64,000 bases of DNA from Patescibacteria group bacterium (GCA_016861245.1 BOKZ01000001.1:77107-141106), one strand, 5' to 3'; positions 1 to 8,725 are shown, counted from the stretch's first letter. Made by a program: numbers and translations. Notes: a model not told the origin generated them from the letters alone.

Positions 1-3000
1 TTTACCTCTACCACAAGTGGTAAGACCCTTAACGGTCAGATGACCGGCTCAAACGACGACTTTTATAATCTGGTTTTTGATGGTGTTAGCGGCGCCTGGA
101 CGTTCAACGCTGCCGTTGATGTTGCTAACGACTTTACAGTTACCAACGGCTCCGTCACCGCCAACGGAAATAATCTTACCGTTACCCGAGACTTTACGCT
201 CGCTAACACGTCGGGTGTTTCGTATGTGGCTGGTACTACAACCATTACGGTTTCACGTCATTACACCGATCTTGGCAGTAAGTTTTCGGCTGGAACATCG
301 ACGCTTACTATGAACGGTACGGGTGCGCTCGACCACGCCAATGCCTTTGCATTCTACAACCTTAATCTCGCCTACTCCGGCTTTACAACAACTATGGGCA
401 CCTCAAAATCAACTCGGGTTAGTAACGACGCCACCTTAAACGGCGGAACAATGACCGGAAGCAGTACTTCTTTGGAGTTTCCATCAACGACCACAAACAC
501 ACCGCTCACCTTCAATTCACCCACAACCCTCAACGGTACAGGCTTTAACATTATCGGTTACGGTGCAAACACAGCTAGTATTACAGTAACAATTGGCAGC
601 GGCGACTACGGAAACTGGAACCTGTTTTTCTTTGCCTCAGCTAATAATGTTGCTCATAACTTTGGCGGTAATGTCACGACAACTGCCCACTCCCGCTTTT
701 ATGCTGGTGGTGCCGTGACGGGTTTAACGCTGAACACCCAAGGGCATAACTTTACCTCTGGTAGCTTCAGACTTGGATCAGGTGGCGCAACCCAAACAGT
801 CTCGGCAAATTTTGGTGCCTCAGCTGTTACCTTCACAAGTACAGTAGATGCGATAGACGCAGAAAATACCGGAGGAACGTATAATTTAGATCTTGGATCA
901 TCGACTGTTGATGTAAAGGGTAACGTTTTATTCCTAGATGGTAGTGGCAGTATAAGCGTTACGCCAGGTACTTCTACTCTTAAATGGACCCACACTTCCG
1001 GGACCAAGACGTACACACCCAACGGACAGTCGCTCTACAACATGGAACTTGATGCCTCCGGCGGAGTTGTCCAGTCAACGGCAGCCGTTGATGTAAACAA
1101 CAACTTCACGGTTACCGCCGGAACGTATGACCTCAACTTTAGTGGGTTAACTATCGGTGGTAATTATTCAAATTCTGGAACTTTCACGGCTACTACCGCC
1201 ACAGTTACGTTTGATGCTACCGATACCGGCAATACGCTCAGCGGAACAATGACCGGTTCGTCAGCATTTTGGAACGTTGTATTTAATGGCACTGGCGGCG
1301 AGTGGACAGTAAACGCCTCCCTGAAGATTGATAACGACTTAACAATGACGGCTGGGACATTCCTTGGGGCACAAGATATTACCGTTGCCGGTAACGCAGT
1401 AGGAACAGCGGGAATAATCAACTTAAGCGGTGGCACATTTGACATGCGGCCATATTCTGTATCGCCCAATTTTGGTACTACGTCTGGATCTACGGCTTGG
1501 ACCTTTAACAACCTCTCATTCTCATCAGCTCATCCGTTTGATCCAAAAGTTATCACAACCAACACCGGTGGTACGGGGGGAATTAATGTTAGTGGGACTA
1601 TGACGATCGGGAAGGTCGGAGACAGTGAAAGTACAACGCTCAATGCAGGTAATCGAACCTGGACACTCTCGGGGACTAGCGGCGATCCGTTCCAAATTCT
1701 TGCCTCCCCTGCCGGTGACCTAACACCAGAAACTTCCACATTTACTTACACTGGCAACAACGGCTCCGGCGACACTACTATCCAGAGCGAGACGTACAAC
1801 ATACTTCAAGTTAATAACGGCTCAGAAACCTTTAACCTGGAAGCAGCAACATTCAGCAGCGATGTCACAATTACGGCCGGAACGCTGGCGCTAAACGGAC
1901 AAACCCTAAACGCTACTAATGATTTAGCGGTAAACGGAACATTATCGGGATCAACAAACGTAACTGTTAACGGCTCGGTTACTGGATCGGGAACAATTAA
2001 TCTTTCTGGCGGTACATTTACTCAAAGAATAACGGCTAACGCCAACGAGACTTTTGGTAGTACAAGCGGAACTAATAACTGGACGTTTAATAACTTATTG
2101 TTTAGAAATTCCGACACAAACAATCACTCAATCACCGTAAATCCTACTGGCAGCGGACAAATTATCGTTGGTGCAACCGCTACATTTGGAAGCGGTACGG
2201 ATACCAACACCGTTACCGTTGATTTCGATACGAACGATCGAATACTCGATGTTAACGGAAGTGTAGATATCACAACACTTGGTATATTAGAGCCCTCAAG
2301 TAGCGCCTCCTTTACCGTCGGCGACAACTGGACAAATAACGGAACGGTAACGTTTGATACTACGACAACAGCAACATTTGCCGGTGCGACAACGTTCTAC
2401 AATTTTACCTCCACAACAGCCGCTAAAACGCTCGAATTCACTTCTGGTCAAACATTTACCATCGACACAGGCGGCTTACTTACTCTTACCGGTGCAGCCG
2501 ACCCGAACGAGATTCAGATTAAATCAACAACACCGACTAGCCAGTGGTTTATTAATCACCAGGGAACAGAATCAGTTAGCTACGTCCAAGTTGTAGACTC
2601 TGGCTGTGACGTTGCCAGTACTCAAATTAGCACTTCTAACTCAGTTAATGACGGCAACAACGGCTCGTGTTGGCTCTTTGGCTCAACGTTCGAGCAAGCC
2701 GATTATCGATTTGGGGAAGATCCAGAAGATAGCTCCACTGGTATAGATTACTCTGGGCCAGCTGAAAATACAGCGTACACTTCTCCGGGCACAAGCGACG
2801 GCTTCCGGTTGCGAATGCTTATTCACGTTGGCGGCAGCAACCTCGCCCAAAACGGCGAGACGTTTAAGTTGCAGTTTGGCGAAAAAACAGCAGCCAACTG
2901 TACTACCGGCGTTTCCTGGGCTGACGTGAGCCCGAGTTCGGGAGTGATTCGCTACCTCGATGCTGCGCCAGCAGACGGCGATAATATTTCGAGCGTTGCC

Positions 3001-3693
3001 GGCGACCCAGATCACTCTGGCCACACCAAGCAGTATCAAGATTTCGAAGAGGCAAATAACTTTACTAACTCAGTTTCGGCGATAAACTCTGGTCAGGACG
3101 GCGTCTGGGCTTTCTCGCTTGTTAATCACTCAGCGGTTGGCGGTAAGCGCTATTGTTTTAAGGCAGTTAAATCAACCGGAGCAGACTTAGATACGTATAG
3201 TTTCTACCCTGAAGTCATTATCGACGAAGAGCTAGTTTTCTCTCTAGATGCGACATCGAAGAACTTCGGCGTCGTACAACCAGGTGATAACCCAACAAAC
3301 CAAACTTCGACCGTAACCGTTACTACTAACTCGGCTACCGGCTACGTGGTTTACACTTGGAGCACTCAAGCAATGACCAAGGGCGCGCATACTATCCCGG
3401 ATTGGAGCGGTACCAACGCCTCGCCAACTAGTTTTCCAAACGGTAGCTTCGGTTTCGGCTACTCAACCGACGACAGTACATTAACTGGCGGTACAGCCGA
3501 TCGCTTTACGAACGGCGGCGCCAAATACGCCGGTTTTATTCATAACGGTCCTGGCGATCCGGTTGCCGATCGGACCAGCGGACCGGTAGTGAATGAGCAA
3601 AACACCATTACCTATCGACTAGCTGGTGGCGTGGGGCAGCAAGCCGGTACGTATACAACAGTAGTGGTCTATGTCGTTGCCACTACCTTCTAG
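1..3693 (+). CDS. Giant secreted beta-strand-repeat surface protein, 5'-truncated by the window edge, with a C-terminal WxL-like domain
   Basis: The frame is open from nt 1 with no stop upstream of the ORF-track Met at 40, for over 1230 aa. Composition is Thr/Gly/Asn/Ser-rich. Degenerate ~150-200-aa repeats each contain (A/E)WTFN / WTVN / NNWTFNN plus AAVDV(A/N)N(D/N)FTVT(N/A)G; the nucleotide repeats at 100-160 and 1084-1122 are diverged copies. The last ~180 aa are homologous to the C-terminus of the 4747..5895 protein and end ...YRLAGGVGQQAGTYTTVVVYVVATTF. Confidence 0.8.
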   Translation, partial: FTSTTSGKTLNGQMTGSNDDFYNLVFDGVSGAWTFNAAVDVANDFTVTNGSVTANGNNLTVTRDFTLANTSGVSYVAGTTTITVSRHYTDLGSKFSAGTSTLTMNGTGALDHANAFAFYNLNLAYSGFTTTMGTSKSTRVSNDATLNGGTMTGSSTSLEFPSTTTNTPLTFNSPTTLNGTGFNIIGYGANTASITVTIGSGDYGNWNLFFFASANNVAHNFGGNVTTTAHSRFYAGGAVTGLTLNTQGHNFTSGSFRLGSGGATQTVSANFGASAVTFTSTVDAIDAENTGGTYNLDLGSSTVDVKGNVLFLDGSGSISVTPGTSTLKWTHTSGTKTYTPNGQSLYNMELDASGGVVQSTAAVDVNNNFTVTAGTYDLNFSGLTIGGNYSNSGTFTATTATVTFDATDTGNTLSGTMTGSSAFWNVVFNGTGGEWTVNASLKIDNDLTMTAGTFLGAQDITVAGNAVGTAGIINLSGGTFDMRPYSVSPNFGTTSGSTAWTFNNLSFSSAHPFDPKVITTNTGGTGGINVSGTMTIGKVGDSESTTLNAGNRTWTLSGTSGDPFQILASPAGDLTPETSTFTYTGNNGSGDTTIQSETYNILQVNNGSETFNLEAATFSSDVTITAGTLALNGQTLNATNDLAVNGTLSGSTNVTVNGSVTGSGTINLSGGTFTQRITANANETFGSTSGTNNWTFNNLLFRNSDTNNHSITVNPTGSGQIIVGATATFGSGTDTNTVTVDFDTNDRILDVNGSVDITTLGILEPSSSASFTVGDNWTNNGTVTFDTTTTATFAGATTFYNFTSTTAAKTLEFTSGQTFTIDTGGLLTLTGAADPNEIQIKSTTPTSQWFINHQGTESVSYVQVVDSGCDVASTQISTSNSVNDGNNGSCWLFGSTFEQADYRFGEDPEDSSTGIDYSGPAENTAYTSPGTSDGFRLRMLIHVGGSNLAQNGETFKLQFGEKTAANCTTGVSWADVSPSSGVIRYLDAAPADGDNISSVAGDPDHSGHTKQYQDFEEANNFTNSVSAINSGQDGVWAFSLVNHSAVGGKRYCFKAVKSTGADLDTYSFYPEVIIDEELVFSLDATSKNFGVVQPGDNPTNQTSTVTVTTNSATGYVVYTWSTQAMTKGAHTIPDWSGTNASPTSFPNGSFGFGYSTDDSTLTGGTADRFTNGGAKYAGFIHNGPGDPVADRTSGPVVNEQNTITYRLAGGVGQQAGTYTTVVVYVVATTF

Positions 3694-3695
3694 CT

Positions 3696-4679
3696 ATGAT
3701 GAGACGTATGAGGTTTAGAATACTACTGGCCACTACTGCCTTGATACTCCTTAGTTTAAACGTACCAAGTGATATCTCTGCTCAGGGCGGCGCGATTAGC
3801 CCGACGATCGGCGTATCTCCAACGAAAGTTCTCGAAAGCATCACCCCCGGGAAAGAACAGACATTCACTGTTAGACTGCGTAATTATGGTCGCGATTCGC
3901 TGCCCCTGGCCGGCTCAACGCAAGGAATCTCGACGATCGGAGAAACAGGAGTGCCAATATTTACTAACAACGTTACACCGCATTCGGCTAGTAGCTGGCT
4001 CGAAGTGGCAAACAAAGATGTTATTGTCGAACCAGGCGAACAACAGGAAGTGACAATTACCGCCAAGCCGCCGCAAGACTTAGCGCCAGGAAGCTATCAC
4101 GCTGGCATTATTTTCCAAGCAAAATTGCCGTCGTATTACTTTGACCTCGACAGCGACACCAGGGTTCTACCGGCGATTAGCGTACTCTTCTTCTTAACTG
4201 TTGAGAGCGATACGTTACCGACCGTAGAAGATTTAAAAATAACCGGCATTCAAGTACCGAGAATCGTTGTAAGTACACCGCTATCCGTTACCGCTCAAAT
4301 CCAAAACCCGAGCAACTTTTACGTGCAAGCCGACGCCAAGGCCACTATTCGTGGTGGGTTAAATAATAAAAACGATAGCGAGGAAATCGGTCGGGTGTTG
4401 CTACTGCCAGAAGGTGTGAGAAAGTTCGTAAGCGCATATAGCAATCGCCTCTTGCCTGGCATCTATACCGCCTCAGTCGAGCTAAAACAAGGTGATAAGG
4501 TATTGGTGGCCAGCGCTAAGTTCGTAGCGATGCCCTGGCAATTTACCATCGGGTTAATTATCGGGACGTTTATTATTCTATTCTTTGCTTTCCGCCGTCG
4601 CTTTAAACACGCCTATCGAGTACTAGTCGGCAAGGAACCGCTTCACCCACCGCGCAAGCGCCAACCGACCCTACGATAG
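3696..4679 (+). CDS. Signal-peptide protein with C-terminal TM anchor and basic tail (DUF916/DUF3324-like architecture); paralogue of 5905..6903
   Basis: The N-terminus is MMRRMRFRILLATTALILLSLNVPSDISAQ, a signal peptide. The C-terminus is WQFTIGLIIGTFIILFFAFRRRFKH, a TM helix followed by a basic tail. Length and topology match 5905..6903. It starts 2 nt after the preceding stop. Confidence 0.7.
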   Translation: MMRRMRFRILLATTALILLSLNVPSDISAQGGAISPTIGVSPTKVLESITPGKEQTFTVRLRNYGRDSLPLAGSTQGISTIGETGVPIFTNNVTPHSASSWLEVANKDVIVEPGEQQEVTITAKPPQDLAPGSYHAGIIFQAKLPSYYFDLDSDTRVLPAISVLFFLTVESDTLPTVEDLKITGIQVPRIVVSTPLSVTAQIQNPSNFYVQADAKATIRGGLNNKNDSEEIGRVLLLPEGVRKFVSAYSNRLLPGIYTASVELKQGDKVLVASAKFVAMPWQFTIGLIIGTFIILFFAFRRRFKHAYRVLVGKEPLHPPRKRQPTLR

Positions 4680-4746
4680 TGCTTGACAGACAATTTAGGA
4701 TTATGGATAGTTATTAATAGATATGAAGAACTTTGGAGGGGAATCT

Positions 4747-5895
4747 ATGAGTAAAACGCTAGGGAAACTATTCAGGACATCGCTCGTTGTCGGCTTGATT
4801 GCAATTCAGTTTATTGCGCCAAGAGCTCTCGCGGCACCAGTAGAAGATTTGAGTATTCTACTCTCCGATTCCCGAGCTTCGACAGCTACGAACGTAACAA
4901 TTACGTACGATCAGGCAGCCGGTGGTGACTTTAGCGCTGGTGACACGATCGTTGTTACCTTCCCTACCGCGTTCGATACTTCTGGTTTTGCAAGTACCGA
5001 TGCACTTGACTACGACATCACTATTAATGGCGTGGAGGAAACAATAGTGGACTCAGGAGATGCCTGCACCACAGATGTGATTGAAATTACTACAGTGGCT
5101 TCGGACGTGTTTACATTTACCGCATGCTCGGGATTTGTGGGAGAAGCAGCTGGCACTATCATTGTAATTGAGATAGGTACTCATGCTACTGCCGGTGGTA
5201 CAGGAAATACCCAGGCAGTAAACTCAACTGCCGCCACCTATACCTTTAATGTTGACAGTACCGATGAAGACGCAAAGGACGCCCTTGTTGCCGTGACCAG
5301 CGGAGTAACACTTTCAGCTACAATTGACGAGACACTCACCTTTACAGTAGCTGGTGTTACAACAGGTAACTGTAGCGTATCCGGCGGTACAGAAATTGAC
5401 ACATCTGGTAGCGCTACGACAATTCCATTTGGCACAATCAACTCAGATGCATTTTACGACGCTTGTCAGAACCTAACAGTAGGAACAAACGCTGCTGGTG
5501 GTTACTCGACGACCGTAAAAACGACTGCCCGACCAACCTCAGGATCAAACACAATCTCAGAGGGTACATGTGATGGCGGTTGTAGTGATACAGTTGCAGC
5601 TGCTTGGGCTACTGCGACAAATAACGGTTACGGTTACTGTCTTAAAGATGAAGTCGGTGACGGCGCTGTTACATCTGGCTGGAGCGGTACAAATGAATGT
5701 GGTGACGGTACTCAACATTTCAAGACAATCAATCGAGTAGATGCAACCGAATCTGGCCAATCGATTATGGCAAGTGCTGTCGCAACGTCAACCAACGATC
5801 AAACTGAAATAGGTTACCGAATTGCCGTTGGAGCGGGACAAGCTGCTGGTACTTACACCACAGTAATCATTTACGTAACGACGCCAACGTTCTAG
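4747..5895 (+). CDS. Secreted Thr/Gly-rich surface protein with an N-terminal LLSDSRA-type domain (paralogue of the 6907 protein N-terminus) and a C-terminal WxL-like domain (paralogue of the ORF1 C-terminus)
   Basis: GGAGGGG lies 5 nt before the ATG at 4747. The ORF track starts at 4723, which has no RBS. The signal peptide is MSKTLGKLFRTSLVVGLIAIQFIAPRALA. The C-terminus, ...IGYRIAVGAGQAAGTYTTVIIYVTTPTF, aligns with the ORF1 C-terminus at TVTTNSATGY/TVGTNAAGGY, GFGY/GYGY and the final block. Confidence 0.8.
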   Translation: MSKTLGKLFRTSLVVGLIAIQFIAPRALAAPVEDLSILLSDSRASTATNVTITYDQAAGGDFSAGDTIVVTFPTAFDTSGFASTDALDYDITINGVEETIVDSGDACTTDVIEITTVASDVFTFTACSGFVGEAAGTIIVIEIGTHATAGGTGNTQAVNSTAATYTFNVDSTDEDAKDALVAVTSGVTLSATIDETLTFTVAGVTTGNCSVSGGTEIDTSGSATTIPFGTINSDAFYDACQNLTVGTNAAGGYSTTVKTTARPTSGSNTISEGTCDGGCSDTVAAAWATATNNGYGYCLKDEVGDGAVTSGWSGTNECGDGTQHFKTINRVDATESGQSIMASAVATSTNDQTEIGYRIAVGAGQAAGTYTTVIIYVTTPTF

Positions 5896-5904
5896 AATAC
5901 AAAC

Positions 5905-6903
5905 ATGGAGTTCGAGGTGAAACCTCTCCTCTCCTTCGGGAGGAGAGTATCACTAGTTTTGGTCGCTCTTGGATTGGTGTTTTTGGTAAATAGTTCAAGA
6001 ATTGAAGCACAGGAAGCCGGTGAGAAAGTGGCGCTATCGATCTCTCCTTTAAACTTTGAATTCACTATTAACCCGGGTGAAACTCGTGAGGACGTAGTTA
6101 AGGTTACGAACCCAGACAGTGAGAAGACACAAACGATCACAATGGCAGTAGAACCGTTTCGTGGCGATGAAACAGGCCAGGTAACGGTGCTAGATGAAGA
6201 AGAGGACGATCCTGCCTATTCGTTAAAGCAATGGGTAACGATCTCGCCAAAAACTTTTACGCTTAAGCCTCGCGAGACTCGGGTAGTTACGTTCAAGACA
6301 GTTGTTCCCAAAAATGCCGAGCCAGGCGGTAAATACGGGGCTATAGTTGCCTCAACAGAACGCGGCGAGATTGGGCAAACAGGTGCTGTCACAGTTCAGA
6401 AAGTCGGTTCGCTCGTCTTACTGACAGTCCAAGGCTTTATTCAGTATAACGCCTCAGCCCGAGACTTTTATACAGTTAACAATACTGAAGATATCAGAGA
6501 CAGGGCACCTCAAAGCCTTTACGAGAAATCACCTGTTTATTTCCTGACCAGGCTACATAACAACGGCACAGTCCACATTAAACCGAAGGGCTTTATTACG
6601 ATATCGAACATTTTTGGTAAAAAAGTTGCTGATATCGAGGTTCCGGCGAAAAACGTGCTACCAGGGTCGGATCGCGCTCAGGTTGTTGAGTGGAACGACG
6701 CCAAGATGGGTCGATACACAGCAACGATGGTATTAAATTACGGCGATAAGAACCAGCAGATTACGGCAACGACATCGTTTACGGTATTCCCATGGAAAAC
6801 CGGTGTGCCGATTATTGTTGGGGTATTGGTACTGCTCTGGTTCCTAATAGCGAGACGTGCTCGAGTGGCTCGAGCTCTGAGTATAATATTTGGCAAACAT
6901 TAG
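5905..6903 (+). CDS. Signal-peptide protein with C-terminal TM anchor (DUF916/DUF3324-like architecture); paralogue of 3696..4679
   Basis: The N-terminus is MEFEVKPLLSFGRRVSLVLVALGLVFLVNSSRIEAQ. The C-terminus is PWKTGVPIIVGVLVLLWFLIARRARVARAL, a TM helix with a basic tail. The N-terminal codons contain a perfect 10-bp RNA hairpin at 5924-5947. Confidence 0.7.
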   Translation: MEFEVKPLLSFGRRVSLVLVALGLVFLVNSSRIEAQEAGEKVALSISPLNFEFTINPGETREDVVKVTNPDSEKTQTITMAVEPFRGDETGQVTVLDEEEDDPAYSLKQWVTISPKTFTLKPRETRVVTFKTVVPKNAEPGGKYGAIVASTERGEIGQTGAVTVQKVGSLVLLTVQGFIQYNASARDFYTVNNTEDIRDRAPQSLYEKSPVYFLTRLHNNGTVHIKPKGFITISNIFGKKVADIEVPAKNVLPGSDRAQVVEWNDAKMGRYTATMVLNYGDKNQQITATTSFTVFPWKTGVPIIVGVLVLLWFLIARRARVARALSIIFGKH

Positions 6904-6906
6904 CCC

Positions 6907-8148
6907 ATGACATGGGCGGGTCGGCTCCAAAACTTATTATCGGCGCTAATTATTTGTTTAGGCTTACTATTTCCGTATAGCGCACAGGCTGCCAAGCCGG
7001 ATCGGGTTGAAGATTTACTCAGCGACTCGCGGGCAGGGGTTACCTCAAGGCACACAATAACGATCGACCAAACTGGAGCAACGTCGTTCGACGCGACCGA
7101 TACAATTACCTTAACCTTTCCTAACTCGTTTACCGTCCCCGCCTTCACTCCATCCGACGTTACCTTTAACGACGGCTCTGCCCGAACAGTCGTTAACCCG
7201 TGCTCTGCTGGTGCAAACAACATCAGTATAGGGGTATCTGGCCAGGTTGTTACTTTTACCGCCTGTAGCGGATTTTCCTCTAGCGCCACGGGCAGCGTAA
7301 TCACAATCGTGCTTGGTACCGGCGCAACACAAATAACCAACCCGTCTACCTCTAGCGTGTACGTGGTCGAAACTGCTGGCACGTATGGCGACTCGGCACA
7401 AGGCGCAGCCGTTGCTATCACAACGGGAGTAAACCTGTCATTCACGATCCCAAGCCCGACGGGTAACGTCCGCTTTACCGGAGATGCCTTTCCGAACGCT
7501 ATAATCACAATCCTGGATGGCGGCTCGGTTGCTGGAACAGGAACAGCAAATAGTGTTAGCTTTTTTGACAAAACAATTACCGGTCTCGTGCCAGGAGTTC
7601 ATACTTTCAGTATCTACGGCCAGGCGCTCGACGGTCGAAAGACACTGACGATTAGTTTTAATTTAAACGTGATATCTGGCACAACCGTAACAATTAGCGG
7701 CATTCTCTTGCCGCCGATTTTAACCGTACCTAGTCAAGAAAAGCGGCCGAAAACCTTCGTCCAGTCTGGTTTAGCCAGACACAATAGCACCATCACAACC
7801 TTTACTGCCGGTCCGACCAACACCAATCAGCAAGCTACAACTAATAGTAGTGGCGAGTGGACGATTAACGTCCCCCTGGTTCTTCACTTGGGCGCGCACA
7901 CCGTCTCTGGTCTCGTCAACGACGGGAACGGCAACCAGAGCGTACTGACCGCCGCATCGAACTTTGAAATCCTACTTTCGGCCGATCTAAACGTAGATAA
8001 TTTGGTGAGTTTAACCGACTTTTCAATGCTGATGTTTAATTACGGCCTCTCGAACCCGCCGAACGCTGCTGCCGATATTAACGACAACGGCGGCCAAGTT
8101 GACCTAGTAGATTTCTCCGTGATGATGTTTTATTGGACAGGAGGTTGA
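6907..8148 (+). CDS. Secreted protein with an N-terminal LLSDSRA-type domain, Ig-like middle region and C-terminal dockerin-like double Ca-loop module
   Basis: The signal peptide ends ...FPYSAQA. The N-terminal domain is homologous to the 4747 protein (LLSDSRA, TFPNSF/TFPTAF, FTFTACSGF). The C-terminus is ADLNVDNLVSLTDFSMLMFNYG...ADINDNGGQVDLVDFSVMMFYW, two D-x-N-x-D-x-x-V-x-x-x-DF segments. Confidence 0.75.
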   Translation: MTWAGRLQNLLSALIICLGLLFPYSAQAAKPDRVEDLLSDSRAGVTSRHTITIDQTGATSFDATDTITLTFPNSFTVPAFTPSDVTFNDGSARTVVNPCSAGANNISIGVSGQVVTFTACSGFSSSATGSVITIVLGTGATQITNPSTSSVYVVETAGTYGDSAQGAAVAITTGVNLSFTIPSPTGNVRFTGDAFPNAIITILDGGSVAGTGTANSVSFFDKTITGLVPGVHTFSIYGQALDGRKTLTISFNLNVISGTTVTISGILLPPILTVPSQEKRPKTFVQSGLARHNSTITTFTAGPTNTNQQATTNSSGEWTINVPLVLHLGAHTVSGLVNDGNGNQSVLTAASNFEILLSADLNVDNLVSLTDFSMLMFNYGLSNPPNAAADINDNGGQVDLVDFSVMMFYWTGG

Positions 8149-8150
8149 TG
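8124..8150 (+). repeat. 27-bp exact direct repeat GATGTTTTATTGGACAGGAGGTTGATG, copy 1 (last codons of the dockerin protein plus its stop)
   Basis: The same 27-mer recurs at 8201-8227. It contains GGAGG plus TGATG. Confidence 0.9.
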
Positions 8151-8225
8151 GAATCAACTGAGTGGACAATGAAAGTTCGAGAATTTTCGAAGAAAATTAA
8201 GATGTTTTATTGGACAGGAGGTTGA
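8148..8225 (+). CDS. Possible 25-aa mini-ORF (MESTEWTMKVREFSKKIKMFYWTGG) created by the 27-bp duplication
   Basis: Its ATG overlaps the TGA of the upstream gene (TGATG), with GGAGG 3 nt upstream. It ends MFYWTGG* like the upstream protein. Its TGA overlaps the ATG of the next gene. Confidence 0.3.
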   Translation: MESTEWTMKVREFSKKIKMFYWTGG

Positions 8226-8227
8226 TG
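8201..8227 (+). repeat. 27-bp exact direct repeat, copy 2 (supplies the RBS and ATG of the first cohesin-like gene)
   Basis: Identical to 8124-8150. The repeat starts are 77 nt apart; 50 nt separate the two copies. Confidence 0.9.
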
Positions 8228-8725
8228 AATAGACTTCGTTATACTCTCCTACTCCTAGCCATTATCGGATCTGGTGCTCTGCTCTATTTTTCGCTGACTC
8301 GAGAAAAAATACCAGCAAAGATCGTTTTAGATGTTCCGCAGTCGATCAAACAATCAGAGACCTTCGATGTCCCGCTGAGAATTTCTACCACCACAGCGAT
8401 GAACGCCGCTGAATTCTACTTCTCGTTTCCGGCAGAATTGGTTGAGGTAAGTGAGATTAATCAAACCGGCTCGATTTACTCGCTCTGGATTAAGGACCAG
8501 CCGGCGTTTAACAACGCTCTTGGCGAGCTATCGTTGGCAGGCGGGCTGCCAAAACCTGGCTTTGTCGGTCGTAACGGTTTAATTGCAATAGTAAAATTTA
8601 AAGCCAAAAAACGCGGTGATGGTGTAATAACACTCGATCAAAATAAAAGTAGAATCCTGGCTAACGACGGTCTCGGAACGAAAATTGAAGCTACATTCGA
8701 ACCGGTTACACTGACTGTAAAATAG
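8225..8725 (+). CDS. N-terminally membrane-anchored single cohesin-like domain protein
   Basis: ATG 8225 follows GGAGG. The ORF track uses TTG at 8210. There is an N-terminal TM (LLLLAIIGSGALLYF). The domain reads FDVPLRISTT...AEFYFSFPAELVEVSEI...GGLPKPG...GLIAIVKFKAKKRGDGVITL...ILANDGLGT...TLTV, which mirrors the strand order of a cohesin beta-sandwich. Confidence 0.65.
   Translation: MNRLRYTLLLLAIIGSGALLYFSLTREKIPAKIVLDVPQSIKQSETFDVPLRISTTTAMNAAEFYFSFPAELVEVSEINQTGSIYSLWIKDQPAFNNALGELSLAGGLPKPGFVGRNGLIAIVKFKAKKRGDGVITLDQNKSRILANDGLGTKIEATFEPVTLTVK

Noticed and set aside
63-3039. Many ORF-track ORFs inside or antisense to the giant gene (63..245-, 77..313+, 699..1022-, 1164..1511-, 1530..1739-, 2124..2327-, 2354..2596+, 2683..3039-)
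   Set aside because: They lie entirely within the over 1230-aa repeat-protein frame, which has a coherent repeat structure, a C-terminal domain homologous to another gene and compositional bias. Long antisense ORFs are expected in repetitive sequence with few stop-prone codons. None has an RBS or motif.
4683-4718. TTGACA hexamer upstream of the 4747 gene as a sigma70 promoter
   Set aside because: There is no acceptable -10 at 16-18 nt spacing. TATGGA is 14 nt away, GATAGT is weak and TATTAA is 23 nt away. I did not call it.
3769-7571. Embedded or antisense ORFs 3769..4053+, 3884..4066-, 5238..5441-, 5557..5760-, 5892..6140-, 6792..6980+, 6900..7571-, 7111..7401-
   Set aside because: Each overlaps a better-supported gene on the other strand or frame that has a signal peptide, a paralogue and an RBS. 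They have no independent support.
8124-8227. Direct repeats as a CRISPR array
   Set aside because: There are only two copies and no cas genes. The repeat is the coding 3' end plus RBS of flanking genes. It is not CRISPR.
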